Source: a virus (taxonomy: Duplodnaviria > Caudoviricetes). From it: DNA of 50,307 nt. Position 1 is the stretch's first letter; each line of letters starts with the position of its first letter. The position numbers and the translations under genes were made by a program. The notes below the pieces were generated by a model. It saw only the letters and a program-made list of their open reading frames with translations. It was not told the origin of the DNA and did not search any database. Below are positions 8,137 to 17,368 of the stretch, one piece after another. The stretch spans positions 1 to 50,307 of IMG/VR virus record IMGVR_UViG_3300038309_000012, one strand, 5' to 3'.

Positions 8137-8511
8137 ATGCGTAAACAACTTGCAAAAGTAAAGAGTGCAACTTTATCTATTAAAGATAGAGGAATATTAA
8201 CATTTTGGATTTCTGTAAACTATGAAGAAGGTTGTTCACAGGGAGTTGGTGGAGTATGCCTTGATACTTACGATAAACACAAGAAATGCAGAATAGGCAC
8301 AGCAGGAGGTCTAGAAATTATTCGCCAAATTCTATTGGCCTTCAACATAGATGATTTGCACCAACTAAAAGATAGGCACTTGTGGGTTCTTGGAGAAGGA
8401 GAAGGTTTTTCTTTTACTCCTAAAGGGGTACAACCACTTCGTACGGACAACTTTAAAGCTAAGCCGATTATATGGGATGATATTTTTATGTGGGTAGGCA
8501 CAGATAAGTGA
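8137..8511 (+). CDS. Conserved phage hypothetical protein
   Basis: LSIKDRGILTFW...QGVGGVCLD motif; ATG 8137 preferred. Confidence 0.7.
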   Translation: MRKQLAKVKSATLSIKDRGILTFWISVNYEEGCSQGVGGVCLDTYDKHKKCRIGTAGGLEIIRQILLAFNIDDLHQLKDRHLWVLGEGEGFSFTPKGVQPLRTDNFKAKPIIWDDIFMWVGTDK

Positions 8512-8535
8512 TTGATATACTATAAGGAGAATAGA

Positions 8536-8739
8536 ATGAAACATTTAGAGAGAGAATATGAAAGCGCTGTAAACGTACCTTGGGCTAATGATATAAAATA
8601 CTTGAACGTGTGTAACTGGCCAAAAAAACAAATACTATGTGATGCTTGCTATACAAAACCTGGAGGATATATAAACCAAAAATACACTATAAATCTCTGG
8701 GTATGGCCACAAACTAAACCATTTAACGAGGAGGAATAA
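8536..8739 (+). CDS. Hypothetical protein
   Basis: AAGGAG before ATG 8536. Confidence 0.6.
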   Translation: MKHLEREYESAVNVPWANDIKYLNVCNWPKKQILCDACYTKPGGYINQKYTINLWVWPQTKPFNEEE

Positions 8740-8952
8740 ATGCGTAGATTCGATGGAAAGACTATAGATAACATTCACTATGGTATTACAGAGTCTGGTT
8801 TTGACTATGTAGCAATCACTTTTATAGATAGTACTGCACTAAAAATAGTGGCCGATATAGAAGCACACGAAATACCTGTACTTAAATTACAAGAATTTTC
8901 TCCAAGAACAATAGAAATAGAGGATTTAGAATATGATCCAAACCTGCCATGA
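8740..8952 (+). CDS. Hypothetical protein
   Basis: GAGGAGG RBS, abuts neighbours. Confidence 0.65.
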   Translation: MRRFDGKTIDNIHYGITESGFDYVAITFIDSTALKIVADIEAHEIPVLKLQEFSPRTIEIEDLEYDPNLP

Positions 8953-9127
8953 TTGCGAAGGAATAGGCTTTATTAGTGACATTTGCTACTATTGCAGCGG
9001 CTCTGGTGAAGGACCAACAGATGGGACAATCTGCAAGACTTGTAAAGGTACGGGCGAACTGAATGAAATTTGCTCTACTTGCAAAGGCTTAGGAGAGATA
9101 ACTATTAAAGAAAGAGGAAACCAATGA
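8933..9127 (+). CDS. DnaJ-type zinc-finger protein
   Basis: Four CxxCxGxG repeats. Confidence 0.75.
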   Translation: MIQTCHDCEGIGFISDICYYCSGSGEGPTDGTICKTCKGTGELNEICSTCKGLGEITIKERGNQ

Positions 9128-9483
9128 GACTATGGCATGTAGACCTCATCCCAAAATTACCAAGACAGCAACTACTTGGCCAGCATCGTGAATGCTGTGC
9201 ACTTCGTGGTAAGGGATGGGGAAAGAGGCATTCAACAGTAGATTATGTTTTTAAGTATCCTATTTCTAAACTTTTCTGCTATCATAAAAAAGTAATGGAC
9301 GAAATGCAGAGAAGAGGTTATAGTGTATCAGAGGAATGGAAACTGCCACAATACCGAGGTAAAGAATTATGTATAGACGATTCAATTCTTGACGCTTGGG
9401 ATGGTGCATGCTATCCTGAGCATAATGATAAATATTTTCAAGAATGCATAGAAAATCTTAAACGTAAAGGTATTGTTGTATAA
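9124..9483 (+). CDS. TIGR02328-type / pyrimidine-dimer DNA glycosylase (endonuclease V-like) protein
   Basis: MRLWH..LIPKLPRQQLLGQHRECCALRG.GWGK.HSTVDYVF signature. Confidence 0.8.
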   Translation: MRLWHVDLIPKLPRQQLLGQHRECCALRGKGWGKRHSTVDYVFKYPISKLFCYHKKVMDEMQRRGYSVSEEWKLPQYRGKELCIDDSILDAWDGACYPEHNDKYFQECIENLKRKGIVV

Positions 9484-9506
9484 AACAACTATGAAAGGAG
9501 AACTAA

Positions 9507-9821
9507 ATGATCCAAGGAAAAGACCTTGCATGGCATTATGATGCCTGTATCGAGATGTGGAATGAGATAGCAGAAGGGATGGATGCTAATGAGTCAGACT
9601 ATGATATTAGTGTCAAGAAAAAAACTACATTATGTAAAATGTATTATACTCATAGTAATTGCTTTGCTTGTGAAGCATTTAATTGCGATGACTGTCCATT
9701 TGCAGTATATGGTAATTGTGGTGAAATTGGCTCTCCTTACAAGAATTTCGAAGACCATAAAGGAACTCAACAAGACGCAATCGCCATAGCACAATTGTTT
9801 ATAGACTATTATCCTGAATAG
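9507..9821 (+). CDS. Cys-rich hypothetical protein
   Basis: CFAC...CDDCP; AAGGAG RBS; ends on the palindrome's TAG. Confidence 0.7.
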   Translation: MIQGKDLAWHYDACIEMWNEIAEGMDANESDYDISVKKKTTLCKMYYTHSNCFACEAFNCDDCPFAVYGNCGEIGSPYKNFEDHKGTQQDAIAIAQLFIDYYPE

Positions 9822-9844
9822 ACTGTTTAATTTTTAAACAGTCT
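9820..9844. repeat. 25-bp palindrome copy 6 (perfect)
   Basis: AGACTGTTTAA TTT TTAAACAGTCT. Confidence 0.95.
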
Positions 9845-9860
9845 GAAAGTAAAGTAAGAT

Positions 9861-10100
9861 ATGAAACTCTTTCTATGCAAAACTCACAATTGTCACATAA
9901 CTACCAAAACCTGCCTAGCTCGACTCCGTAATACTACGTTTGGCTTTACTCATAAAAGGCGCCCTGATATGATTGATTCTGTACATCGGTGCTGGTATTG
10001 TGACCTAGGCAAAAAACTAGCAAAGGAGAACAATATTGAAAACCCTATTGAAAAGTCAAATAGTAGAAAAAAGAAAGAAAAGGTGGAAAGTGGTGAGTAA
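9861..10100 (+). CDS. Hypothetical Cys-containing protein
   Basis: ORF in co-oriented cluster. Confidence 0.6.
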   Translation: MKLFLCKTHNCHITTKTCLARLRNTTFGFTHKRRPDMIDSVHRCWYCDLGKKLAKENNIENPIEKSNSRKKKEKVESGE

Positions 10101-10182
10101 TTTAGTTCTTGCCGTAGCATGGATTGCTATAGGATATTTGTTTATAGTAATCATGTTTTCTTTTGGAAAACCTTATAGGTAA
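10093..10182 (+). CDS. Small membrane peptide (29 aa)
   Basis: GTG start, MSNLVLAVAWIAIGYLFIVIMFSFGKPYR; fills the gap between ORFs. Confidence 0.45.
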   Translation: MSNLVLAVAWIAIGYLFIVIMFSFGKPYR

Positions 10183-10196
10183 AAAGGAGGTATTTA

Positions 10197-10496
10197 ATGC
10201 TGCCTAACAAAAATGAAAGTGGTAATTCTTATCGAGGATATATACTTCTAGACCCTAATGGAGATTGGATAGTAGTACAGGAAATAGAAGAAGGAGTAGG
10301 TATTACGTTAACTATGCTGAATGATAGAAATGATAGGGCAGTATGTATGAAATTTTTGAACTCTATCACAGATAAAATATTTTGGAACTATGTAGTAAAT
10401 TGTATTAGAGAAGGGAAATATGCTTCACCTATCTCTACCTTTAAAAATACAGGTGGAAAGTCAGTTCCAGCATCAAGTTGCGCCTTCGCTATGTAA
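10197..10496 (+). CDS. Hypothetical protein
   Basis: AAGGAGG RBS. Confidence 0.7.
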   Translation: MLPNKNESGNSYRGYILLDPNGDWIVVQEIEEGVGITLTMLNDRNDRAVCMKFLNSITDKIFWNYVVNCIREGKYASPISTFKNTGGKSVPASSCAFAM

Positions 10497-10507
10497 AAGG
10501 AGAAATT

Positions 10508-10666
10508 ATGATAGTAACTATGAAATCATTCATTGATGGTAAAGTAACTACCTTCAATCTAAGCAATTCTCATTGTGAAGTATTAGGCCTGGGAACTCCA
10601 GAATTCAAAAACTCATTCGAAACTTATTATCAAGCAGAACTACTGGCTATTACTAGGTACATTTAA
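10508..10666 (+). CDS. Hypothetical protein
   Basis: AAGGAG before ATG 10508. Confidence 0.6.
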   Translation: MIVTMKSFIDGKVTTFNLSNSHCEVLGLGTPEFKNSFETYYQAELLAITRYI

Positions 10667-10683
10667 ACTAAAGGAGAAAAACT

Positions 10684-10980
10684 ATGGGCAAATCACAAAA
10701 ATTAAACGCAGAATTGAAACAAACTCTTGACAAACTGGTAGAAATTTCAAAAGAAATGGGCACTAATGAAATTATGGCCGTTCCTGGGTATGTAATTTAC
10801 ATCGAATCCAGAGATGAAATCATCTCCTATGCAAATGCTCAAGCAAAGTTCATCCTAGAAAGCGCAAAGCTAAACATCGATATGCTATATCAACACATGC
10901 CTGCAGAATTCAACGAGATTGTGAAGTTAGTTCGCGATCTCGTAGTCAGTTCAGCTGAAAACGGTGGAATTGTGCATTAA
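10684..10980 (+). CDS. Hypothetical protein
   Basis: AAGGAG RBS. Confidence 0.75.
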   Translation: MGKSQKLNAELKQTLDKLVEISKEMGTNEIMAVPGYVIYIESRDEIISYANAQAKFILESAKLNIDMLYQHMPAEFNEIVKLVRDLVVSSAENGGIVH

Positions 10981-11011
10981 TGCTGCGATTTAAAAATGTT
11001 TAAATTAATTG

Positions 11012-11040
11012 TTGACATTATGTTTAAAATGATTTAACAT
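11012..11040 (+). promoter_or_regulatory. Sigma70-type promoter
   Basis: TTGACA-17 bp-TAACAT in an intergenic gap with an AT-rich upstream region. Confidence 0.6.
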
Positions 11041-11118
11041 GGTTATGTAAATTTGATTCACACCTTGACCGGATTGGCCGGTCTAGACTAAAACTAAGTA
11101 AAACTAAGGAGAAAACAA

Positions 11119-11484
11119 ATGGTAAAGAAAGAGGTTAGCGCAACCGCAAAAGATGGTAATGAAGTAGTTGGTAATGTAACTGTGACCGTAAACTTTCCTG
11201 AAACTGTACAAGAAGCTCTGGATAATGGTATTTCAGAAGAAGCCCTTCTCAGCAATGCCTTTGCCAACTGGAAAGTAACGCTGCAAAGTGCAATTAGAAA
11301 TCGCCTCAAAGCTGGAAAATCTGTAGACGAAATCCAGGCTGACATGGACTCAGCGAAGATGGGCGTAACTATGACAGCCAACAAGGTGGACCCGCAGCAG
11401 GCCTTCATCAACAAATTTAAAACGGCAAATCCGGAAGAGCAGGCAAAAATGCTGGCACTACTTCAAGAAGCTGCGCAGGCCTAA
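11119..11484 (+). CDS. Hypothetical protein
   Basis: TAAGGAG RBS, own promoter and downstream hairpin. Confidence 0.8.
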   Translation: MVKKEVSATAKDGNEVVGNVTVTVNFPETVQEALDNGISEEALLSNAFANWKVTLQSAIRNRLKAGKSVDEIQADMDSAKMGVTMTANKVDPQQAFINKFKTANPEEQAKMLALLQEAAQA

Positions 11485-11493
11485 TTACATTAA

Positions 11494-11524
11494 AGTGAGG
11501 GTCAATGCTGGGTTGGCCCTCACT
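11494..11524 (+). terminator. Hairpin, possible terminator
   Basis: AGTGAGGGTCAAT-GCTGG-GTTGGCCCTCACT. Confidence 0.5.
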
Positions 11525-11536
11525 AACAAAACAAAT

Positions 11537-11561
11537 AGTCTGTTCAAAAATTAAACAGTCT
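11537..11561. repeat. 25-bp palindrome copy 7
   Basis: AGTCTGTTCAA AAA TTAAACAGTCT. Confidence 0.9.
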
Positions 11562-11577
11562 AAAAGGAATAAAAGCC

Positions 11578-11829
11578 ATGAAGAAAAGCCTTCACAAAAT
11601 CATACCTAACCAAAATAACTTCATTAAAATAGCTAAGTATTTATCAAGGAAGAAAAAAGTCTCTACTTTCATAGACTGCAATACTGTAAGTTATTACATT
11701 AATGGTGAGTATTCTACACAAGTAAAATACACTGTATCATATGTAGACGACGATAACAAAGTAGACCAATACAATTTTTATTCTTTTACTGATCTTCTAA
11801 TCCACTTCCACAAAGAAATGAAAGGATAG
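11578..11829 (+). CDS. Hypothetical protein
   Basis: ORF with AAGGA RBS. Confidence 0.6.
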   Translation: MKKSLHKIIPNQNNFIKIAKYLSRKKKVSTFIDCNTVSYYINGEYSTQVKYTVSYVDDDNKVDQYNFYSFTDLLIHFHKEMKG

Positions 11830-11833
11830 CATC

Positions 11834-12679
11834 ATGTCTACCTGGCAACGCTGGAAGGGGATTATGAAAGCATATCCCTTCGAAGAAAAACGTCTATCAA
11901 AATGGGCTCCACCGTTCATTGTTCAGCCTAAGTATGATGGAATTAGGTGTCGTGCCGTGCCTACTCCATCAGGCTATGTGCTTGTCTCTAGCGAAGAAAA
12001 CGTAATTAGTTCAGTACCGCACATAAATAAGTTTTTAAACGAGTCTAAGGTCCTTAGCAAAAGTAACATAGAATTCGATGGTGAACTATACATCCATGGA
12101 AAATCGTTCGAGGAAATAACTAGCATTACTCAACGAACTGTTAACTTGCATACTAATTACAAATCTATGTCATTTTACATATTTGATATAGTAAATGAGG
12201 ACGAACAGTTGAGAAGGTTGCTAGAGTTAAACAATTTATCTGATGAAATCTACGGACCTCTCTGGATCTCACCTTACTGGTTATGCAATAACCTTAATGA
12301 AGTAATGGAGCAGTATAGTAAGCTTATATCTGACGGCTACGAAGGTATAATTGTTAGGAACTTAATGGCTCATTATGAAAAGAAACGAAGTACCTACGTT
12401 ATGAAATTCAAGCCTAAGAAGTCAGATACTTATAGGATTCTAAGCTATGTAGAGGAGATTTCCATAGAAGGTAATCCAAAAGGTACTTTAGGCGCGCTAA
12501 TTTGTGCATCTGGAGACGGAAATACTTTTAATGTAGGTACTGGTTTCACAGAATCTCAGCGTAAACTATTATGGCTTAATAAGGAAACCTTACCTGGGAA
12601 AAAAGCACTAGTCGAATATCAACATATAACTTCAGGGAAAGGTGTTCCTAGATTCCCTGTATTTGTGAAGGTAATATAA
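11834..12679 (+). CDS. ATP-dependent DNA ligase
   Basis: QPKYDGIR (motif I), FDGELY, FYIFD, YEGIIVR, MKFKP, VGTGF, PRFPVF. Confidence 0.93.
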   Translation: MSTWQRWKGIMKAYPFEEKRLSKWAPPFIVQPKYDGIRCRAVPTPSGYVLVSSEENVISSVPHINKFLNESKVLSKSNIEFDGELYIHGKSFEEITSITQRTVNLHTNYKSMSFYIFDIVNEDEQLRRLLELNNLSDEIYGPLWISPYWLCNNLNEVMEQYSKLISDGYEGIIVRNLMAHYEKKRSTYVMKFKPKKSDTYRILSYVEEISIEGNPKGTLGALICASGDGNTFNVGTGFTESQRKLLWLNKETLPGKKALVEYQHITSGKGVPRFPVFVKVI

Positions 12680-13098
12680 TGGTTTATATAAACTATGAAT
12701 GCTATAACCAAGAAGTTCCAAACGGAACATTCGGAGGAGCAGTGTGTATGTGTGAAAAATGCCAGAAAGAACGAAATAAAAAAGAGTTAAAAGATCAGCA
12801 AGAAAAAACATGCCTCATGAACTTTAAAATAGAGAAAAATATACCTATTCCTAAGAAAAAAGGAAATACTAAAGGCAATCCAAATGGGTGTATAACAGTA
12901 TACCCTTTTGATGAAATGCTATATGGAGATTCATTCTTTGTGCCAATTACAGGAAAGAGAAAAATACATATCGCAAATTCACTTAGAATATGCGCTAAAA
13001 GAAAGAATGTAAAAGTCACTGTGCGTTTTGTAGAAGACGGTATTAGAGTTTGGAAAATAGGAGTAATAACTAACAACAAAGGAGAGCTAAAACAATGA
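12679..13098 (+). CDS. Conserved phage protein
   Basis: FKIEKNIPIP...YPFDEM..GDSFFVP...GIRVWK motif. Confidence 0.7.
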   Translation: MVYINYECYNQEVPNGTFGGAVCMCEKCQKERNKKELKDQQEKTCLMNFKIEKNIPIPKKKGNTKGNPNGCITVYPFDEMLYGDSFFVPITGKRKIHIANSLRICAKRKNVKVTVRFVEDGIRVWKIGVITNNKGELKQ

Positions 13099-13430
13099 AA
13101 GAATTTTACATCGCTGGAGTACAATTTAGAATTAAAGAAAACCTGGAAGTCCTGAATGTAATTAAAGGACTAGAAATCGGAACTAAGCTTTCCTTAGTTC
13201 CTGAACCAACTAACCGTCACGATCCTAACGCTGTCAAGATCATTCACGAAGATGAAAATGGTAGTTATTTCCTCGGCTACGTTCCGGCCAAATTTAGCCC
13301 TGATGTTACAGCTGACCTTGAGATCTACGCACTTACAGATGTAATTTGTGAAGTGGTTGAGGTTAATACTGAGACTAAAACCTATGAGATGTGCAAGGTT
13401 AGAGTCTTTATTAATAAAGGAGAAAACTAA
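13095..13430 (+). CDS. HIRAN domain protein
   Basis: FYIAGVQF...LVPEPTNRHDPNAVKI...LGYVPA. Confidence 0.85.
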   Translation: MKEFYIAGVQFRIKENLEVLNVIKGLEIGTKLSLVPEPTNRHDPNAVKIIHEDENGSYFLGYVPAKFSPDVTADLEIYALTDVICEVVEVNTETKTYEMCKVRVFINKGEN

Positions 13431-13876
13431 TGAATATATCAGACAAAATGATGGTATCAGTAGTATACTCTAAATATAATAGTTCAGGCCGTATAGAAGA
13501 TTGGGGAACTAAAGAATATTATTATTGGGTACCTAAGTCTTGGAATGTTAATGTATTTGATTTTCTAGTAACTAATCCTAGAAATAATGAATATTCTGTA
13601 GTGCGTGTTATTGAGGTAGAAGGTTTTACAGCTTTGCAGAGAGCTAAATGCACTAAATGGGCAGTCCAGAAAATAGACACTACTGAGCACCAGAAAAGAA
13701 TGAAAATGGAAACAGTAGCTCAAGAAATAAAAGCTAAACTACAACAACGTAAAGAGGAATATGAAGAAAGAATGATTTATGAACGGCTAGCTTCAGAAGA
13801 TCCTGAAATTAAGGCGCTGCTTGCTAGACTTGATGATATCGAAAGTGGTAAATTACTTCTGGAGGAATCCAAATGA
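13430..13876 (+). CDS. Conserved phage hypothetical protein
   Basis: KEYYY...KWAVQKID...LASEDPEIKALL; translationally coupled. Confidence 0.75.
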   Translation: MNISDKMMVSVVYSKYNSSGRIEDWGTKEYYYWVPKSWNVNVFDFLVTNPRNNEYSVVRVIEVEGFTALQRAKCTKWAVQKIDTTEHQKRMKMETVAQEIKAKLQQRKEEYEERMIYERLASEDPEIKALLARLDDIESGKLLLEESK

Positions 13877-14202
13877 GTGAAATTATTAGCTTTGGCTACA
13901 ACGAAGATTATGTAGTAGATGAATCATTTGATTTAAACCAACTACGTAAATTAAGACGAACTAAAAAAGTAGGAAATGTACGTACTTTAGATGAAAGTAA
14001 TAATAACATAACTGTTAAATTTGGTGCTACTATAACTATTGATGAAGAAGTAGTAAACGATGAGCTTCTACAAGAAACCAAAGAATCTCTTGAAAACTAT
14101 CGTAAATGGTATCATCAAGAACAGGAAAAAGTTAAAAACCTGAATGCTGACATAGATTGCATAAAGCAACAGATTAATGAGCTTAAAGGAGAACATTTCT
14201 AA
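13873..14202 (+). CDS. Hypothetical protein
   Basis: GGAGG RBS, ATGA overlap. Confidence 0.7.
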   Translation: MSEIISFGYNEDYVVDESFDLNQLRKLRRTKKVGNVRTLDESNNNITVKFGATITIDEEVVNDELLQETKESLENYRKWYHQEQEKVKNLNADIDCIKQQINELKGEHF

Positions 14203-14537
14203 TGCCTAAACATCTTTATTGCGCCCAGTGTGGTGAGGAACTCCTACAATTTCGCAAAGCTGTGAAAGGTGAAATCTTCGACTTCATCCAGCCCCACACT
14301 TGCGCTGAAGTTAAGGAACCTACACTGGAAAATGAGCCTATACCAGTTAAGAAAGAAAAACCTGGTACGGCTGAACTATCAAAAATGTTTGATGAGTTTC
14401 AGTTCGTTCAAAAATTAAACGGTCTGGGCAAATCAACAGGTGATAAACGTGAACCTGAAGTACTGCGTAAGGAGAAAGAAATAGAACCAACCTCTTCTGC
14501 TCCTTTAGCAGTGCAACAAATGATTAAGGATAAGTAA
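14202..14537 (+). CDS. Hypothetical zinc-ribbon protein
   Basis: CAQC...HTC; contains a palindrome copy in frame. Confidence 0.7.
   Translation: MPKHLYCAQCGEELLQFRKAVKGEIFDFIQPHTCAEVKEPTLENEPIPVKKEKPGTAELSKMFDEFQFVQKLNGLGKSTGDKREPEVLRKEKEIEPTSSAPLAVQQMIKDK
14401..14425. repeat. 25-bp palindrome copy 8 (intragenic)
   Basis: AGTTCGTTCAA AAA TTAAACGGTCT. Confidence 0.85.
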
Positions 14538-14540
14538 CTA

Positions 14541-14831
14541 ATGCCTAAAGTCTACATAATCAACAAATCTGCTCATGACTTTAGTGATGCGCACAACTAC
14601 GGAGAGGTCATATTTCTAAGCGACAAGCCTATGAACCGCTTCGGATGCAATAACATTCATCGGCAGTTTAGTGAGAAACTAAAAGACTCTTCACCTGATG
14701 ACTACATAGTCCTCTGCTCACTAAACTCCATGAATGCTATCGCTTGTGCTATATTTGCTAAACTGCATGGGAAATTAAATCTACTTCTTTTCAAGAATAA
14801 GAAGTATGTAGAAAGGAATCTTGTGTTATGA
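14541..14831 (+). CDS. Conserved phage hypothetical protein
   Basis: KVYIIN...HDFSDA..YGEVIFL...DDYIVL. Confidence 0.7.
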   Translation: MPKVYIINKSAHDFSDAHNYGEVIFLSDKPMNRFGCNNIHRQFSEKLKDSSPDDYIVLCSLNSMNAIACAIFAKLHGKLNLLLFKNKKYVERNLVL

Positions 14832-14917
14832 TGGAATGTATATTATTATTATTTATATTTTACCTTATTATACTATGTGCTGGTACATTACTTGATATTA
14901 TAGGAAGGTTAAAATGA
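14828..14917 (+). CDS. Small membrane peptide (29 aa)
   Basis: MMECILLLFIFYLIILCAGTLLDIIGRLK; ATGA-coupled at both ends. Confidence 0.45.
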   Translation: MMECILLLFIFYLIILCAGTLLDIIGRLK

Positions 14918-15063
14918 CCCTACTACTCTCAGCAATCTTTGTATTCTTTGCTGGACTAGCAACTGGATTAGCAATAGTAAGTTTACTCTGGTGCTTTAAA
15001 ATAACTAAAGTATTGAAAGGACTAAGTAATGATAAAGGAACATCCAACACACCTAATAATTGA
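14914..15063 (+). CDS. Small membrane peptide (49 aa)
   Basis: MTLLLSAIFVFFAGLATGLAIVSLLWCFK...; GGAAGG RBS. Confidence 0.45.
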   Translation: MTLLLSAIFVFFAGLATGLAIVSLLWCFKITKVLKGLSNDKGTSNTPNN

Positions 15064-15991
15064 CAGTTCTAAGTTAGACACCTACTTAGACTGCCCTAGG
15101 CAATACTTCTACGAATACATCCTAGGTTGGCGTCGTGACATTCCAGCTCATGACTTGCACTTTGGCACTTCTTGGCATGAAGCTAGAGAGCACCAACTAC
15201 TTCACGGTTATGAAGATGTAGAAGGCGCGTATGCTAAATTTATCAACTGCTACCGTGAAGTATTTCCACAGGAAACTGATGCAATCTACACGCCAAAAGA
15301 TCCTACTGCTGTAGCGATGGCATTGCTGAAGTTTGCCCAGGAGAGAAAATCAGACCTAAGGAATAACAAGGTGCTATATACTGAAATCTCAGGTACTGTA
15401 CCTATCTCCGAAAGCGGCAAAGTCCTGCATTACCGAATGGATTCAGTTATAGAAAGAAAAGAAGACGGAATGATTTTCTCTTGGGATCATAAATCAGGTA
15501 GTGAAAAGTCCCTAAATTTTCGTGGCTGGGATGATAAGTTTCAACTAGGAATCCAAGCTGGAACTTACACTCATTGCTTGTATTGTCTATACCCTATAAA
15601 GCAAGTACTTGGTATAGAGTTCTGCGGCACTGGATTTGGTTACTTAAAACGCACCCAGGAATACCGCATAACTTTTAAGCGCGTCCCTGTGTGGAAAACT
15701 CCTGATCAAATGAACAACTGGCTATGGACTGTAAATGAACTCTACGATAACATCATGAGAGATATGGATAGATTGAATGATTGTAGTGAGAATGATTCTA
15801 TCCTCATGACATTTCACATGAATCCTGGGGCTTGTACTAAATACTGGGGCTGTCCTTATCATGACTTTTGTTTAACTTGGAACAACCCATTACGAAATTG
15901 CTACGAACCTCCACTAGGCTTTAAAGAAGAGTTCTGGGACCCGAGTGCTATGGAAACTACTAACAAAATGAACTTGGAGTTTAACAAATGA
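15029..15991 (+). CDS. PD-(D/E)XK exonuclease (RecB/Cas4-like, Fe-S cysteines)
   Basis: CPRQYFYEY, LHFGTSWH, RMD...DHKS, C-terminal C....CPYHDFC. Confidence 0.85.
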   Translation: MIKEHPTHLIIDSSKLDTYLDCPRQYFYEYILGWRRDIPAHDLHFGTSWHEAREHQLLHGYEDVEGAYAKFINCYREVFPQETDAIYTPKDPTAVAMALLKFAQERKSDLRNNKVLYTEISGTVPISESGKVLHYRMDSVIERKEDGMIFSWDHKSGSEKSLNFRGWDDKFQLGIQAGTYTHCLYCLYPIKQVLGIEFCGTGFGYLKRTQEYRITFKRVPVWKTPDQMNNWLWTVNELYDNIMRDMDRLNDCSENDSILMTFHMNPGACTKYWGCPYHDFCLTWNNPLRNCYEPPLGFKEEFWDPSAMETTNKMNLEFNK

Positions 15992-16173
15992 TTTCAGTAG
16001 TAATTAAAATAAACGGTAAAGCAATTACTGGAAGAAGTGCAGTCAGGAAAGTAACTAATCCTGACGGAAATCATGAATATCATGTAGACGATGGCAGAAT
16101 AATCTCTCATCAATATGATGATGGAGCTATTAAATTAGCAATTAAAATGCTAGAAGGGATAAAGAATACATAA
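15988..16173 (+). CDS. Hypothetical protein
   Basis: Coupled overlaps at both ends. Confidence 0.65.
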   Translation: MISVVIKINGKAITGRSAVRKVTNPDGNHEYHVDDGRIISHQYDDGAIKLAIKMLEGIKNT

Positions 16174-17006
16174 TGGCCTACTCATTCCAAGACGAACTTA
16201 AAAAAGTAAAGGATTACTACAATGGTGACCCACTACAAAAGCGCTTCTCTGCTCTTGTAACTGGCGAAACCAACGCTGGCAAGACCTTTATCTTGCGAAC
16301 AGCTAGATTTCCAATCCACATAGATTCCTTCGACCCTGGTGGGAGTAAATGTCTTGGAGATCTTATTGCTAAAGGAGACATAGTAGTTGACTCAAGGTGG
16401 GAAAACGAAGATCCTTACAATCCTACTGCCTTCGCATCGTGGATGAAAGCTACTGAGATTAGAATCAAAACTGGCTACTTCGATCACTTTGGTACTTATT
16501 GTCTTGATTCGCTAACTACCTTCAGTGATGCGATCATGAACTACCAGATGAATCTAAAACAAACCGCTGGTAATGTTCCTAATTGGAAAGACTATAATCC
16601 ACAAAAGATTATTGTTCAGAATTATGTACGTAAGCTGATGAACTTAAAGTGTGATTTTATTCTAACTGCCCATCTAGATGCCATCGACGATGTGATCGGC
16701 ACTAGGCCTGATGGCTCTGAGATTAAGAAAACTAAGTATCGCCTCAAGGCTACTGGTAAAGCAGTAACTGCGCTCCCTCTACTCTTCGACGAACTTTATG
16801 TAATGGTAGGAAAGCAAGGACCTAAGGGGCCAATCAGAGAAATGCTATTAGACTCATGTGGCGAGTATATTGCGAGGTCTAGACTAAAACAAGATGGAAA
16901 ACTAGAAGCCAAAGAACAGCCTGACATCAAAGCTATACTTAAAAAAGTAGGACTTAGTTGGGCTGACAAACCTAAACTATCAACAATAATAGAGAAGGAG
17001 AAATGA
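16173..17006 (+). CDS. AAA/RecA-like NTPase (Sak4-like recombination protein)
   Basis: Walker A GETNAGKT, Walker B CLDSLT, ILTAH; lies between exonuclease and SSB-like gene. Confidence 0.8.
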   Translation: MAYSFQDELKKVKDYYNGDPLQKRFSALVTGETNAGKTFILRTARFPIHIDSFDPGGSKCLGDLIAKGDIVVDSRWENEDPYNPTAFASWMKATEIRIKTGYFDHFGTYCLDSLTTFSDAIMNYQMNLKQTAGNVPNWKDYNPQKIIVQNYVRKLMNLKCDFILTAHLDAIDDVIGTRPDGSEIKKTKYRLKATGKAVTALPLLFDELYVMVGKQGPKGPIREMLLDSCGEYIARSRLKQDGKLEAKEQPDIKAILKKVGLSWADKPKLSTIIEKEK

Positions 17007-17007
17007 A

Positions 17008-17283
17008 ATGCAAATGAGTGAATTATCACCTAAAGGACAAAGTGAGATTAACGAAAGATTAGAATCTTTATCTAACGTAATAGCTTCATTAAGGAGTACA
17101 ATAGATAAATTATTTCCAGCACTTTCAATTGTTCTTACTGACAAATGTACTGAAGAAGTAGATAAAGAACCATCAATTACACGCTGTTCATGTAAGATGT
17201 CTGGTGAATTACTTGAGATGGAAACTTCAGTTAGTTTTGCAAATGACAAGATTAATAATATTCTAGAAAGAATAAAACTATAA
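17008..17283 (+). CDS. Hypothetical protein
   Basis: AAGGAG RBS. Confidence 0.65.
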   Translation: MQMSELSPKGQSEINERLESLSNVIASLRSTIDKLFPALSIVLTDKCTEEVDKEPSITRCSCKMSGELLEMETSVSFANDKINNILERIKL

Positions 17284-17368
17284 GAAAGGAGGAGAAATGA
17301 AATAAGTAATTCATTACTACTAACTTTAATAACTAAACCAAACAACAAACATTAAGGAGAAAACAACT

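Noticed and set aside
15029-15991. Cas4 of a CRISPR system
   Set aside because: No array or other cas genes; nuclease-NTPase-SSB is a standard phage recombination module.
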